DNA of 64,000 nt from Arcobacteraceae bacterium (GCA_963662945.1 OY759974.1:1952001-2016000); one strand, 5' to 3'. Counted from the first letter of the stretch, positions 41,140-51,459 are shown. Notes: generated by a model not told the origin, from the sequence alone. Made by a program: numbers and translations.

Positions 41140-41162
41140 GTATAGACTTTCAAGGTCTATAC
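41140..41162 (+). terminator. Hairpin after the histone-like gene
   Basis: GTATAGAC-tttcaag-GTCTATAC. Confidence 0.55.
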
Positions 41163-41178
41163 TATATCTCTTTTCATC

Positions 41179-41211
41179 TGTAACTTAAGTGTTATTTTCT
41201 TCAGATAATAT
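41179..41211 (+). promoter_or_regulatory. Pho-box promoter of the SLC13 permease
   Basis: TGTAAC-TTAAG-TGTTAT, 10 nt, TAATAT. Confidence 0.65.
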
Positions 41212-41306
41212 TCTATAACTTATCTTAAAAATTATTTATTTTATTATAAAATTTACCTATACAATGATACAATCATATATTCTTAATTTTAGAGGACTTT
41301 ATTCTT

Positions 41307-42761
41307 ATGCTTGATACTAGACGACATTTAAAACAATTTTTTGATAAAGCATATACTATGTCTTTACAAGTTGTTTTTGCAAGTTTTTCAATCTCATTTT
41401 TCATTGCTTTTGTAGTTGCTTTTATTCCAGATTATGGGATAGATGCAAATATGACCTATACACTTTTTATTTTACTTTTTGCTGCTGGACTTTGGATAAC
41501 TGAAGCGATACCTGCTTTTGCAGTTTCTTTGTTAGTAATAGCCTTAGAAATGGTTTTGTTAGGTTTTAATAATTTTGATTTTTCTAGTGGAAGTAAAGAG
41601 TGGCAAGTATATTTACAGCCTTGGTCATCGCCACTGATCTTTTTATTTTTAGCTGGTTTTATTATGGCAGCAGCTGCATCAAAAACAAAACTGGATGTTT
41701 GGTTAGCTAAAAAAGTTTTATTTTTTGTTGGTGGACGACCACATAATATTGTCACAGGATTGATTGGTATTACCTATGTGTTGTCGATGTTTGTATCCAA
41801 TACAGCAACAGCTGCTATGATGATGACAATACTTTTACCACTTTTGGGACATATAAAAGAATCAAACCCATTTCAAAAAGCTGTTTTACTCTCAGTGGTA
41901 ATTGGAGCAAATTTAGGAGGAATGGCTACAATCATTGGAACACCACCAAATGCCATTGCAGTGGGAATTTTGGGAGAAAATGCTCCTTCATTTATAGGAT
42001 GGATTGCTTTATCATTACCGCCATCTTTATTGGTAGTTTTTATTTTACGGCTTGTTATTTTAAAAGTATATCCTTCTAGTGAACCTTTTATTGATTTAAA
42101 ATCTATAAAAGAAGTAGAGCATTTTGATGATTCTACTAAACAGTTTTCAAAAATTCCAACAATTCCAAGTTGGAAAAAAAATGTAACAGTAGCTATTTTT
42201 ACTATGACGATTTTATTATGGCTTACGGGACCTTTACATCATATACCTACAACAGTTGTATCTCTTTTACCAATTATTGGTTTTACACTTTTTGGGATTC
42301 TTGATGCAGACGATATGTGTAAAATAAGATGGGATGTGATTATCTTAATTATAGGTGGATTAAGTTTAGGTTTAGCAGTTTCTAAAACAGGACTAGATAT
42401 CTGGCTAGCTACACTTATATCGACAGATGGTATGTCAATACTATGGATTATGTTTATATTTTCCTATTTAGTTGTAGTAATTTCAAATTTTATGAGTAAT
42501 ACTGCTGCTACTAATATTATGCTTCCTATAGTGATTGCAATTGCAACAACAATATCTCAAGAAGCTAGTTATTTGGCAGTTGTAGCTGTTGCACTTAGTG
42601 CTTCTTTTGCTATGAGTTTAGCAGTATCAACACCACCAAATGCTATAATTTTTTCAAGTAAAAAAGTTCAGTCAAAAGACTTTTTAATTTTAGGTATAAT
42701 TACAGCTATTATTGGACCAGTTATAGTAATAGGATGGCTTTATCTTATTCAACTATTTTAA
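41307..42761 (+). CDS. SLC13/DASS-family anion:Na+ symporter
   Basis: WITEAIP, two SNT motifs, GTPPNAI and STPPNAI. Confidence 0.9.
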   Translation: MLDTRRHLKQFFDKAYTMSLQVVFASFSISFFIAFVVAFIPDYGIDANMTYTLFILLFAAGLWITEAIPAFAVSLLVIALEMVLLGFNNFDFSSGSKEWQVYLQPWSSPLIFLFLAGFIMAAAASKTKLDVWLAKKVLFFVGGRPHNIVTGLIGITYVLSMFVSNTATAAMMMTILLPLLGHIKESNPFQKAVLLSVVIGANLGGMATIIGTPPNAIAVGILGENAPSFIGWIALSLPPSLLVVFILRLVILKVYPSSEPFIDLKSIKEVEHFDDSTKQFSKIPTIPSWKKNVTVAIFTMTILLWLTGPLHHIPTTVVSLLPIIGFTLFGILDADDMCKIRWDVIILIIGGLSLGLAVSKTGLDIWLATLISTDGMSILWIMFIFSYLVVVISNFMSNTAATNIMLPIVIAIATTISQEASYLAVVAVALSASFAMSLAVSTPPNAIIFSSKKVQSKDFLILGIITAIIGPVIVIGWLYLIQLF

Positions 42762-42770
42762 AAAAATAAA

Positions 42771-42803
42771 TGTAATCATTATGTTATTATAAAAGATTAT
42801 AAT
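42771..42803 (+). promoter_or_regulatory. Pho-box promoter of glgP-pgk-mgtE
   Basis: TGTAAT-CATTA-TGTTAT, 10 nt, TATAAT. Confidence 0.75.
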
Positions 42804-42832
42804 TTACAAATCACAAAAACAAGGAAACATAT

Positions 42833-44473
42833 ATGCAGATTGAACAGTATGAGTTTAGTAAAGATTATGACAAGCCAGTAGCTTATTTTTCAATGGAATT
42901 TGCGATCCATCAAGCATTGAAAATATATTCAGGAGGACTCGGATTTTTAGCAGGTTCTCATATGCGAAGCGTATATGATTTAAGACAGAATGTTGTAGGT
43001 ATTGGAATTTTATGGAGTTATGGATATTACGATCAAGCTAGAGATGAAGATAGAAATCTAAAAGTTGAATTTAGAAGAAAGTATTATCATTTTTTAGAAG
43101 AGTTAAATATTAGTGTTACAGTAGATATCAATGGAAAACCTGTTGTTGTAAAAGCATTTATGGTTCCAGCAGAACTTTTTGGTAGTGCACCTTTAATTTT
43201 ACTGACTACTGATGTTCCTGAAAATGATTATCTTTCAAGAACAATTACACATAAACTTTATGATATGCATGAAGAAACACGAATTGCACAAGAAATTGTA
43301 CTTGGTATTGGTGGGGTTAAAGTGCTTGAAGCTTTAAATCATAAAGTTGATATTTATCATATGAATGAAGGACATTCTTTACCTATGGTTTTTGAACTTT
43401 ATCATAAAATTAAAGATTTAGAGCAATTAAAAGAGATGGTAAGATTTACTACTCATACACCAGAAGCTGCTGGAAATGAAGTTCATGATATTCATCTTTT
43501 AAATAAAATGGGTTTTTTTAACTCTACACCATTAGAAGAGGTGCGAGAATTAACGCAAATACAAGATGATAGTTTTAGCTTGACAGTTGCTGCATTAAGA
43601 ATTGCAAAACTTGCAAATGGTGTATCAAAAATGCATGCAAAAGTTGCTACTGATATGTGGAAAGGATATGGCAATATTTGTCCAATTATTCCTATTACAA
43701 ATGCACAAAATAAAAGATTTTGGGCAGATAAACCGATGCTAAGAGCGTTAGATGAACATGAGGGATATGAACTTATAGCTAGAAAAAAACATTTGAAAAG
43801 AGTTTTATTTGGAGAAGTAGCAGACCAAACAGGAAAAATGTTTGATCCAGATATTTTAACAATTGTTTGGGCAAGAAGATTTGCAGAATATAAAAGACCA
43901 GGATTATTAAAATATGATTTTGAAAGATTTGAAAAACTTATCACTCGATCAAAAGAACCTATTCAAATCATTTGGGCAGGAAAGCCATATCCTCATGATA
44001 CAAATGCAATTAATATATTTAATGAATTAACATATATTTCAAGAAACTATAAAAGAGTTGCAGTATTGATTGGATATGAGTTAGAACTGTCAAGACTTCT
44101 TAAAAAAGGTGCTGATATTTGGTTAAATACTCCAAGAATCACAAGAGAAGCCAGTGGTACAAGTGGTATGAGTGCCGCTATGAATGGTGCAATTAATTTT
44201 TCTATTGCAGATGGTTGGCATCCTGAATTTTGTAAAGAAGAGGTAAATAGTTTTACAATCACAGGTGCAGATGCAAGTTTAAGTATCGAGGAACAAGACA
44301 AAAATGATAATAAAAATATGATGGATATATTAGAAAACACAATTATTCCAACATATTATGAAGACCAAACAAAATGGGTTGAGTTGATGAAAAACTCAAT
44401 GAGTGATGTTTTGTTTGAGTTTGATTCAGGTTCTATGGCTCATAAGTATTATGAAAAAATGTATAAATTCTAG
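42833..44473 (+). CDS. glgP: Alpha-glucan (glycogen) phosphorylase, short form
   Basis: AYFSMEF, YSGGLGFLAG, HMNEGH, ARRFAEYKR, EASGTSGM. Confidence 0.93.
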   Translation: MQIEQYEFSKDYDKPVAYFSMEFAIHQALKIYSGGLGFLAGSHMRSVYDLRQNVVGIGILWSYGYYDQARDEDRNLKVEFRRKYYHFLEELNISVTVDINGKPVVVKAFMVPAELFGSAPLILLTTDVPENDYLSRTITHKLYDMHEETRIAQEIVLGIGGVKVLEALNHKVDIYHMNEGHSLPMVFELYHKIKDLEQLKEMVRFTTHTPEAAGNEVHDIHLLNKMGFFNSTPLEEVRELTQIQDDSFSLTVAALRIAKLANGVSKMHAKVATDMWKGYGNICPIIPITNAQNKRFWADKPMLRALDEHEGYELIARKKHLKRVLFGEVADQTGKMFDPDILTIVWARRFAEYKRPGLLKYDFERFEKLITRSKEPIQIIWAGKPYPHDTNAINIFNELTYISRNYKRVAVLIGYELELSRLLKKGADIWLNTPRITREASGTSGMSAAMNGAINFSIADGWHPEFCKEEVNSFTITGADASLSIEEQDKNDNKNMMDILENTIIPTYYEDQTKWVELMKNSMSDVLFEFDSGSMAHKYYEKMYKF

Positions 44474-44479
44474 GAGAAT

Positions 44480-45691
44480 ATGATGTTAAGTAATATTGAA
44501 TTAATGCAATCAGTAAAGTCTTTAAAAGATATAGATATAAAAGATAAAAGAGTTTTAATACGAGTTGATTTTAATGTACCTTTAGATTCTCACAATAATA
44601 TTTCAGATGATAATCGTATCAAAGAAGCACTTCATACTATAAATTATTGTATTGATAATGAAGCTAAGAGTATAGTTTTAGTCACTCATCTTGGAAAACC
44701 TAAAAATGGATTTGAAGAGAAATTTTCATTAAAGCATATTATTAAAAGACTAGAAAGATTACTTGATAGAAAAGTTGAACTTGTTGATAACTTTATGGAG
44801 CAAAAAGAGCTTTTAAACAATGCAACTAATGCAAAAGTATTTTTACTAGAAAACATTAGATTTTTTGAGGGTGAAACTAAAAATGATGATATCCTTTCAA
44901 AAGAATTAGCATCACTTTGTGATGTGTTTGTAAATGATGCTTTTGGAACAAGTCATAGAGCTCATAGCTCAACAGTTGGAATTACAAAATATGTTACTAC
45001 AAAAGTCGCAGGATTTTTACTAAAGCGTGAGATAGATGCTTTTGCTAAAGCACTTTTTAAACCAACACAACCAATATGTCTAGTTGTAGGTGGGGCAAAA
45101 GTTTCTTCAAAAATTACACTTTTAAATAATATCTTGCCTAAAATTGATAAGCTTATTATTGGTGGGGCTATGTCTAATACTTTTTTAAAAGCTATAGGAT
45201 ACGATACAAAAGCTTCATTAGTTGAAGATGAGTTTTTAGATGAAGCAAATAGGATTTTAAAAACTGCACGTGAATTGAATGTGAATGTTTATTTACCAGT
45301 TGATGTGGTTATTACAGATGGTATAGATCATCCAATTGATGTTAAAATAGTACCTTCCCAAGATATGTTAGAAGGTTTTAAAGCTGTTGATATTGGACCT
45401 GCAACTGTGAAGCTTTTTGAAGAAGCAATTGGGTTATCAAATACTATTATTTGGAATGGACCAATGGGTATTTTTGAAGTAGATAGATTTAACAAAGGAA
45501 CCTTTAGAATAGCTCATGCCATAGCAGATACTTATGCTTATAGTATCGTTGGAGGTGGAGATACTGCTAGTGCTGCTGAAAAAGCTGGAGAGAAAGAAAA
45601 TATAAGTTTTATCTCAACTGGTGGGGGAGCAAGTTTGGAACTCCTTGAGGGTAAATTACTTCCAGGATTTGAAAATTTAGAGAAAATCTAA
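44480..45691 (+). CDS. pgk: Phosphoglycerate kinase
   Basis: RVDFNVP, NDAFGTSHRAH, GGAKVSSK, WNGPMG, STGGGASLE. Confidence 0.96.
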   Translation: MMLSNIELMQSVKSLKDIDIKDKRVLIRVDFNVPLDSHNNISDDNRIKEALHTINYCIDNEAKSIVLVTHLGKPKNGFEEKFSLKHIIKRLERLLDRKVELVDNFMEQKELLNNATNAKVFLLENIRFFEGETKNDDILSKELASLCDVFVNDAFGTSHRAHSSTVGITKYVTTKVAGFLLKREIDAFAKALFKPTQPICLVVGGAKVSSKITLLNNILPKIDKLIIGGAMSNTFLKAIGYDTKASLVEDEFLDEANRILKTARELNVNVYLPVDVVITDGIDHPIDVKIVPSQDMLEGFKAVDIGPATVKLFEEAIGLSNTIIWNGPMGIFEVDRFNKGTFRIAHAIADTYAYSIVGGGDTASAAEKAGEKENISFISTGGGASLELLEGKLLPGFENLEKI

Positions 45692-47037
45692 TGAATATCA
45701 AAGCTATCGATCTGTATCTTCAAAAGCTTAAAAATGGTGTAAAAGATCATGAAAGAATTGATGATGCAGATTTAGCTGATTATTTAGAGGATGTAAAACA
45801 AAAAGATGAGGATAAGTTTTTTGAATATCTGAATTCTTTACCATTAAAAATTCGTGCAGAAACTTTTATCGAACTACCAACTCCTTTTCAAATTGATTTG
45901 ATTTTAAAATATGATGCAAAAGGTTTGGCTGATATTATTGAAGTTTTAGATAGTGATGATGCAACAGATCTTTTTATAGCAATTACTAAAACAGATAAAG
46001 AAAAAGAGGAAAGTATCTTTTCTCTTTTAAGCGATACAAAACAAAAAACAATCGAAAAACTTATTAGTTATGAAAGCAATGAAGCTGGTTCGTTAATGCA
46101 AACAGAGATACTCAAAGTATCTAATTTTAGAACCATAGCTTATGCAATTGAAAAACTAGGAAAGTTAAAAGAAAAAGGGATAGGAACGGTTCAAAGTGTA
46201 TTTGTTACAGACAATACAGGAAGACTTATAAAATCAATCTCTATTGATGATTTAATTTTAGAAAAGACAGATAAAACTTTTGATGAAATTTTAGAAAAAT
46301 ATCCAGAATCTTATTCTGTAATCTCACATGATTCTGTAGATAATGTTGTAAATATCATAGAAAAATATGATTTAACAACTTTAGCAGTAGTAGATAGAAA
46401 AGGGCATCTTATAGGGAGAATTACCCATGATGATGTTATTGATATTATGCAAAAAAGAGCTACGCAACAAATCTATAATCTTAATAAAATTAATGCTGAT
46501 GAACATATCTCTGAAGAGTTTTCAAAAACAAGTAAGACCAGAGCCGTATGGCTTACGATAAATTTAGTCAATGCTATTATTGCTTCATTGGTAATAGGGC
46601 TTTTTTCTCACACTATAGAAACAATAGTTGCACTAGCAGTTCTTATGCCAATAGTTGCAAATATGGCTGGTACTGCATCTGTACAAACTATGACAGTAGT
46701 TGTAAGACAGATGGCTTTAGGTGAAATTGAGTTTAGTGATATTAAACCAATATTTATAAAAGAGATAAATATTGCAGCTATTAATGGCCTTTTATTTGGA
46801 AGTTTAGGTGCTGTTATGGCTTATGTAAGATTTGAAAATTGGCTTCTTTCTCTTTCTATTGCATTGGCAATGCTAATAAGTTTTTTATGTGCAGGTGTTT
46901 TAGCTGTAGTTGTACCAATGGTTTTGAAAAAAGTTAATTTAGACCCAGCTGTTGCAAGTTCTGTTGTAGTCTTAACTTTAGTGGATATTGTTGGATTTTT
47001 TAGTTTTTTATGGTTAGCGCAGGTAATAATGCTATAA
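45691..47037 (+). CDS. mgtE: Magnesium transporter MgtE
   Basis: MgtE N-domain, CBS pair, TM domain with DPAVASS and TLVDIVG. Confidence 0.92.
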   Translation: MNIKAIDLYLQKLKNGVKDHERIDDADLADYLEDVKQKDEDKFFEYLNSLPLKIRAETFIELPTPFQIDLILKYDAKGLADIIEVLDSDDATDLFIAITKTDKEKEESIFSLLSDTKQKTIEKLISYESNEAGSLMQTEILKVSNFRTIAYAIEKLGKLKEKGIGTVQSVFVTDNTGRLIKSISIDDLILEKTDKTFDEILEKYPESYSVISHDSVDNVVNIIEKYDLTTLAVVDRKGHLIGRITHDDVIDIMQKRATQQIYNLNKINADEHISEEFSKTSKTRAVWLTINLVNAIIASLVIGLFSHTIETIVALAVLMPIVANMAGTASVQTMTVVVRQMALGEIEFSDIKPIFIKEINIAAINGLLFGSLGAVMAYVRFENWLLSLSIALAMLISFLCAGVLAVVVPMVLKKVNLDPAVASSVVVLTLVDIVGFFSFLWLAQVIML

Positions 47038-47044
47038 TAACAAA

Positions 47045-47097
47045 AATAACTGTTTTATAACTTTTATAACTGTTTTGTAACCATTGTATGTTAGAAT
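47045..47097 (+). promoter_or_regulatory. Tandem Pho-box promoter of DUF4912 and the GH57 branching enzyme
   Basis: AATAAC-TGTTT-TATAAC, then TATAAC-TGTTT-TGTAAC, 10 nt, TAGAAT. Confidence 0.68.
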
Positions 47098-47121
47098 AGA
47101 TTTATAAATGCGGGGAGTAAT

Positions 47122-47742
47122 ATGAATAGTCAACTAATAAAAGATAGTTTAGAAGAAAATAATTTTTCAAGTAGTACTCACACTATTGAAGTGATATCAT
47201 TTGATAGTAAACAAGTAGCACGAAAAGAATATCCAATACCACATAGATACTATAAAGATCAACTCGTATTACTACCAATAAACAGTAAAAAATTCTATAT
47301 GTACTGGGAATTTACAGATACATTATTACAAAAATATCATCTAGAAAATGTTACTCAGATAAAATTTAAAGTAGTTGACAGCGAAGCACATACTATAAAA
47401 GATATTGATTGCTTGGGAGAGTTGGGTGAATATTTTGTCAATGACTTAAAATATACATCAAAAATAAAAGTAGTTGCAGGATATTATAAAGATGGTGTAT
47501 TTATAGAAATAATGCATTCAAATCAGATTGGTTCATTTAATACTGAGATAAATTATAAAGGTGCTGACAAGCTTGTATATCTAAAAAAAGAGCGAGGATT
47601 TACTGAAATTATTCGTTCATCATTACAACACTTTACATTAGGAATGTCATCAGCTTCTTATATCAAAGAGATAGAAAGATTGCAAGAGTTTTCAAAATTA
47701 TCAAAAGATTTATTGTCTTCACATACATTAGGGGAAAAATAA
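47122..47742 (+). CDS. DUF4912-domain protein
   Basis: IPHRYYKDQLVLLPIN..FYMYWE pattern; precedes the GH57 branching enzyme. Confidence 0.75.
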   Translation: MNSQLIKDSLEENNFSSSTHTIEVISFDSKQVARKEYPIPHRYYKDQLVLLPINSKKFYMYWEFTDTLLQKYHLENVTQIKFKVVDSEAHTIKDIDCLGELGEYFVNDLKYTSKIKVVAGYYKDGVFIEIMHSNQIGSFNTEINYKGADKLVYLKKERGFTEIIRSSLQHFTLGMSSASYIKEIERLQEFSKLSKDLLSSHTLGEK

Positions 47743-47743
47743 T

Positions 47744-49324
47744 ATGTTAAAAGGTTATTGGATACCAGTACTTCATTCTCATCTACCGTTTGTTAAACAT
47801 CCTCAATATGAGTACTTTTTAGAAGAACATTGGCTTTTTGAAGCAATCAGCGAATGTTATATTCCGTTATTGAAAAATTTAAAAAGATTATATGATGAGG
47901 GAGTTGATTTTCGATTAACAATTTCTGTTACTCCTCCATTGGCAGAGATGTTAGATGATAGACATCTTATGGAAAAATATGAAAGATATCTTGATAGACA
48001 AATTGAACTTGGGGTTAAAGAGTGTCAAAGAACACAAGATGATGAGGTTTATAGAGGCATTGCTCATTTTTACAATGATAAATTTGTAGAGATAAAAGAG
48101 TTCTTTACAAACTTTTTACAAAGAAATGTTTTGAACGGTTATAGATTTTTTAATGATTTAGGAAAAATTGAAGTTATTACTTGTGGAGCAACTCATGGTT
48201 TTTTACCACTTTTAAGTGTTAATGAAAAAGTAGTTGAAGTGCAAATAGAAGTTGCAGTTGCAGCACACACAAAACATTTTAAAAAACCACCAAAAGGGAT
48301 TTGGCTTCCTGAATGTGCCTATTATGATGGACTTGATAAGATTTTAAAAGCAAATGGGATAGAGTTTTTCTTTGTTGATTCTCATGCTTTAATTTATGGA
48401 GAACCAACAGCTTTAAATGGTGTATATGCTCCTATTTATACGGAGCAAGCAGTTGCAGCATTTGCACGAGACCCACACTCTGCAAAACAAGTATGGAGTT
48501 CAAAAGAAGGGTATCCTGGAGATTTTAATTATCGTGATTTTTATAGAGATATTGGGTACGATTTAGACTATGAATATATAAAAGATTATATTGATCCAGA
48601 TGGTACGAGAGTTTTTACAGGGTATAAATATCATAAGGTTACAGGAGACTCAGATTATAAAGAGGTATATAATCCTTATATTGCAAGTGAAACTACAAAA
48701 TCTCATGCAGCGGATTTCCACTATAAAAGAGAACAGCAGTTTGAACATTTAGGGCAATTTATGGATAGGACTCCAATGGTTGTTTCCCCTTATGATGCGG
48801 AATTATTCGGTCACTGGTGGTTTGAAGGACCTGAGTTTTTATATAATTTATTTAAAGAGATTGAGACACATCATGTTTTTAAAGCTGTAACACCTTTAGA
48901 ATATCTTACAATGTATCCCCAAAATCAAGTTATCAATCCCAGTGCATCTTCTTGGGGAGATGAGGGGTATTATGATGTGTGGTTAAATGAAGGAAATTCT
49001 TGGATATATAGACACCTTCATAATATGGCAGATGATATTATAAATCTTGCAAATATTTACCATAATGGTGCAGACTTTAATACTACGAGAATATTAAATC
49101 AAATGACAAAAGAATTACTCTTAGCACAAAGTAGTGATTGGGCATTTTTAGTGACAACAAAAACAGCAGTTGAGTATAGTATTTTAAGAACACAAGAACA
49201 TATTTCTAACTTTACAAGTTTAAAAAATATGATTAATGGAAATATAGATTTTGAACTTCTTGAAGAGTTAGAGTATAAAAATTCTATTTTTAATTTTGTA
49301 GATTATAAAATCTTTGCATCATAA
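47744..49324 (+). CDS. GH57 1,4-alpha-glucan branching enzyme (DUF1957)
   Basis: LHSHLPFV, GIWLPEC, PYDAELFGHWWFEG, LLAQSSDWAF. Confidence 0.92.
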   Translation: MLKGYWIPVLHSHLPFVKHPQYEYFLEEHWLFEAISECYIPLLKNLKRLYDEGVDFRLTISVTPPLAEMLDDRHLMEKYERYLDRQIELGVKECQRTQDDEVYRGIAHFYNDKFVEIKEFFTNFLQRNVLNGYRFFNDLGKIEVITCGATHGFLPLLSVNEKVVEVQIEVAVAAHTKHFKKPPKGIWLPECAYYDGLDKILKANGIEFFFVDSHALIYGEPTALNGVYAPIYTEQAVAAFARDPHSAKQVWSSKEGYPGDFNYRDFYRDIGYDLDYEYIKDYIDPDGTRVFTGYKYHKVTGDSDYKEVYNPYIASETTKSHAADFHYKREQQFEHLGQFMDRTPMVVSPYDAELFGHWWFEGPEFLYNLFKEIETHHVFKAVTPLEYLTMYPQNQVINPSASSWGDEGYYDVWLNEGNSWIYRHLHNMADDIINLANIYHNGADFNTTRILNQMTKELLLAQSSDWAFLVTTKTAVEYSILRTQEHISNFTSLKNMINGNIDFELLEELEYKNSIFNFVDYKIFAS

Positions 49325-49340
49325 GATAAAAGATTTACTT

Positions 49341-51347
49341 TTATCTTATCTCTAGTTGTAAACTATTTTGTTCTTTATTTGTAAAAGGATAGATAAATCC
49401 AAAAGTAAGACCTTGATTTGTTAAATCAACACCTTGCTCACTTTGACTTACACTATCAAGTGTACAAATAACTATCTCTATCTCTTTTGAAGTAGTGAAA
49501 ATCAACGTTTTCTCTAAATAACTATCATAAATTTCTAAAGAATTTGTTTTTATATTGTAAGGCTCTGTTTTAAGTTGTTCAGCGATGAATTTACCATTGA
49601 AAGTAAGATTTTCTAAACTTGCAAAGTGCAGATTCCATTCTTGAATGTATTGTAAAGGTTCGTTGTATTGTGCATTTACAACAATATCTAAAGTAATTGT
49701 GTTGCCTATAAACTTGTACTCTTTTTTTATTTTAGTATCATATTTTGTGTCTAAATATATTCCACCACTCCTTTGGAGTTGTAAACTGTTTTCAGTTGAT
49801 TTTATTAACTCAAAAGGTTGGTTAGTAAAGTCTGAAATTTCATGAAAATTATTATGACAAAAATCTAAAGTAGATGTTTCTTTTGACACTATATGGTCAA
49901 TAGCAGATTTTTTAAAATACCAATCTGTAGTTAAGAATATATCTTCGCTTACTTTTAATTTATTGTCATGAATAGTAGCAATCTCATCACTTACAAGTTC
50001 AACTTCAACTATCTCTTCGTGGTTTACTTCAATTTTACTATGATAAGCTTCTTCATATCTTGTAAGTGTATTTTGAAGATTGAAGTTTTTATCTAAAACA
50101 TCTAGTTCAAAAATTTGCCCACCATTTTTTAAAGAGATGATTGTAAGAAGTGTTTGTGTATTGTATTTATATTCTTTGTAACCATTACAATCTATGTCTA
50201 TTATTTCGTGTTTAGAAGGAGAAATGTTTTCACATTCTATGATATGTTTATAAGCATTATCCCTTAAATTTGGAAGATAAACTCCCCCAAAAACACCATG
50301 CCACAATACATCATTACATTGTGCCTTATAAAGTGCATCTATGTATTCTGGCTGTAGTGTTTGCTTTTTAGATAACTCTGTATATCTCTTATGAATCCAG
50401 TTACTCTCTTGATATTTTGTTAAAAAGTTTTTCCAAGTTCCACCTCTAATAAATTGTGTTGCCTGAGGGTTGTTTTCTAAAAGATGTTCTAAAGTAAGTG
50501 TATCTTGACTAGTTAAAGACCATTCTCCCATTTCGTAGTAAGAAACAGTTGGTAGGTAACTTAATCCTATTGGTGGATTGTTGAGATAAAATTCTTCAAA
50601 AGTATCAACACTTATATTTTTATTTTCCAATGTTTGTTTGAAAAAATCTCGCAACCACTCTTTTTCATAAACACTTTCATAAGTTTTTGGCCAGATACCA
50701 AACTTTTCACCATCATCGAAGATTATGGCTGCATTTTTTCCTGAAATATTAGAGAATGATTCTAAAATATTTTCTGTTTTTTCCAAACTATAAAATGGAA
50801 TTGCATATCTTAAAGCTTTATTGATAGGAAAGAGGGCGATTATTTCTCCCCCATCTTCTGTTAAGAAATATCCATTAAGATTTTCAGTTTTGATACCACT
50901 TGTAAGAAGATGATAATCATCAACAACAACATATTCTATACCACACTCTTTTAAATCTTTGATTATAGAATTATCCCAAACTCTCTCAGTTAACCATAAT
51001 CCTTTTGGTTGTTGGTTAAAATGTTTTTTAATATAACTATTGAGTTTTTGTATTTGTCCAATTCTATCTTTTGAAGAGATGGCACTAAGGACTGGTTCAT
51101 AATATCCACCAGTAAAAAACTCTAACTGATTTGATAAAGACTTCATTAAAGTGAAAAGTTCTTCATCATGTGTCTCAATATACTCTAAAAGCCAACCACT
51201 ATAGTGAACAGAACATTTAAATTTGGGGAACTCTTTTAAAACTTTAAAAAATGGTTTATAGGATTTTTCAATCGCTTCATCTAAAACCCAATCAAAATTA
51301 TCAACAGGTTGATGACAGTGGATTCCAAAAAGTAATGATGTAGTCAT
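49341..51347 (-). CDS. GH57 alpha-amylase / 4-alpha-glucanotransferase
   Basis: HCHQPVDNF, GLWLTERVW, DDGEKFGIWP, AQCNDVLWHGVFGG; start at the RBS-preceded ATG 51347. Confidence 0.9.
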   Translation of the reverse strand: MTTSLLFGIHCHQPVDNFDWVLDEAIEKSYKPFFKVLKEFPKFKCSVHYSGWLLEYIETHDEELFTLMKSLSNQLEFFTGGYYEPVLSAISSKDRIGQIQKLNSYIKKHFNQQPKGLWLTERVWDNSIIKDLKECGIEYVVVDDYHLLTSGIKTENLNGYFLTEDGGEIIALFPINKALRYAIPFYSLEKTENILESFSNISGKNAAIIFDDGEKFGIWPKTYESVYEKEWLRDFFKQTLENKNISVDTFEEFYLNNPPIGLSYLPTVSYYEMGEWSLTSQDTLTLEHLLENNPQATQFIRGGTWKNFLTKYQESNWIHKRYTELSKKQTLQPEYIDALYKAQCNDVLWHGVFGGVYLPNLRDNAYKHIIECENISPSKHEIIDIDCNGYKEYKYNTQTLLTIISLKNGGQIFELDVLDKNFNLQNTLTRYEEAYHSKIEVNHEEIVEVELVSDEIATIHDNKLKVSEDIFLTTDWYFKKSAIDHIVSKETSTLDFCHNNFHEISDFTNQPFELIKSTENSLQLQRSGGIYLDTKYDTKIKKEYKFIGNTITLDIVVNAQYNEPLQYIQEWNLHFASLENLTFNGKFIAEQLKTEPYNIKTNSLEIYDSYLEKTLIFTTSKEIEIVICTLDSVSQSEQGVDLTNQGLTFGFIYPFTNKEQNSLQLEIR

Positions 51348-51372
51348 AATTCCCCCTTTTTTGAGACATTGT

Positions 51373-51405
51373 ATAATAATCAAGTTTAGTAACATATCAA
51401 TTACG
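51373..51405 (-). promoter_or_regulatory. Pho-box promoter of the GH57 glucanotransferase
   Basis: CGTAAT-TGATA-TGTTAC, 10 nt, TATTAT. Confidence 0.6.
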
Positions 51406-51426
51406 AGGATAATTGTAAAGCTAATT

Positions 51427-51459
51427 TGTAATTAAGTAGTAATCAATAATGAGTAATAT
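51427..51459 (+). promoter_or_regulatory. Pho-box promoter of the REC-kinase gene
   Basis: TGTAAT-TAAGT-AGTAAT, 10 nt, TAATAT. Confidence 0.68.
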
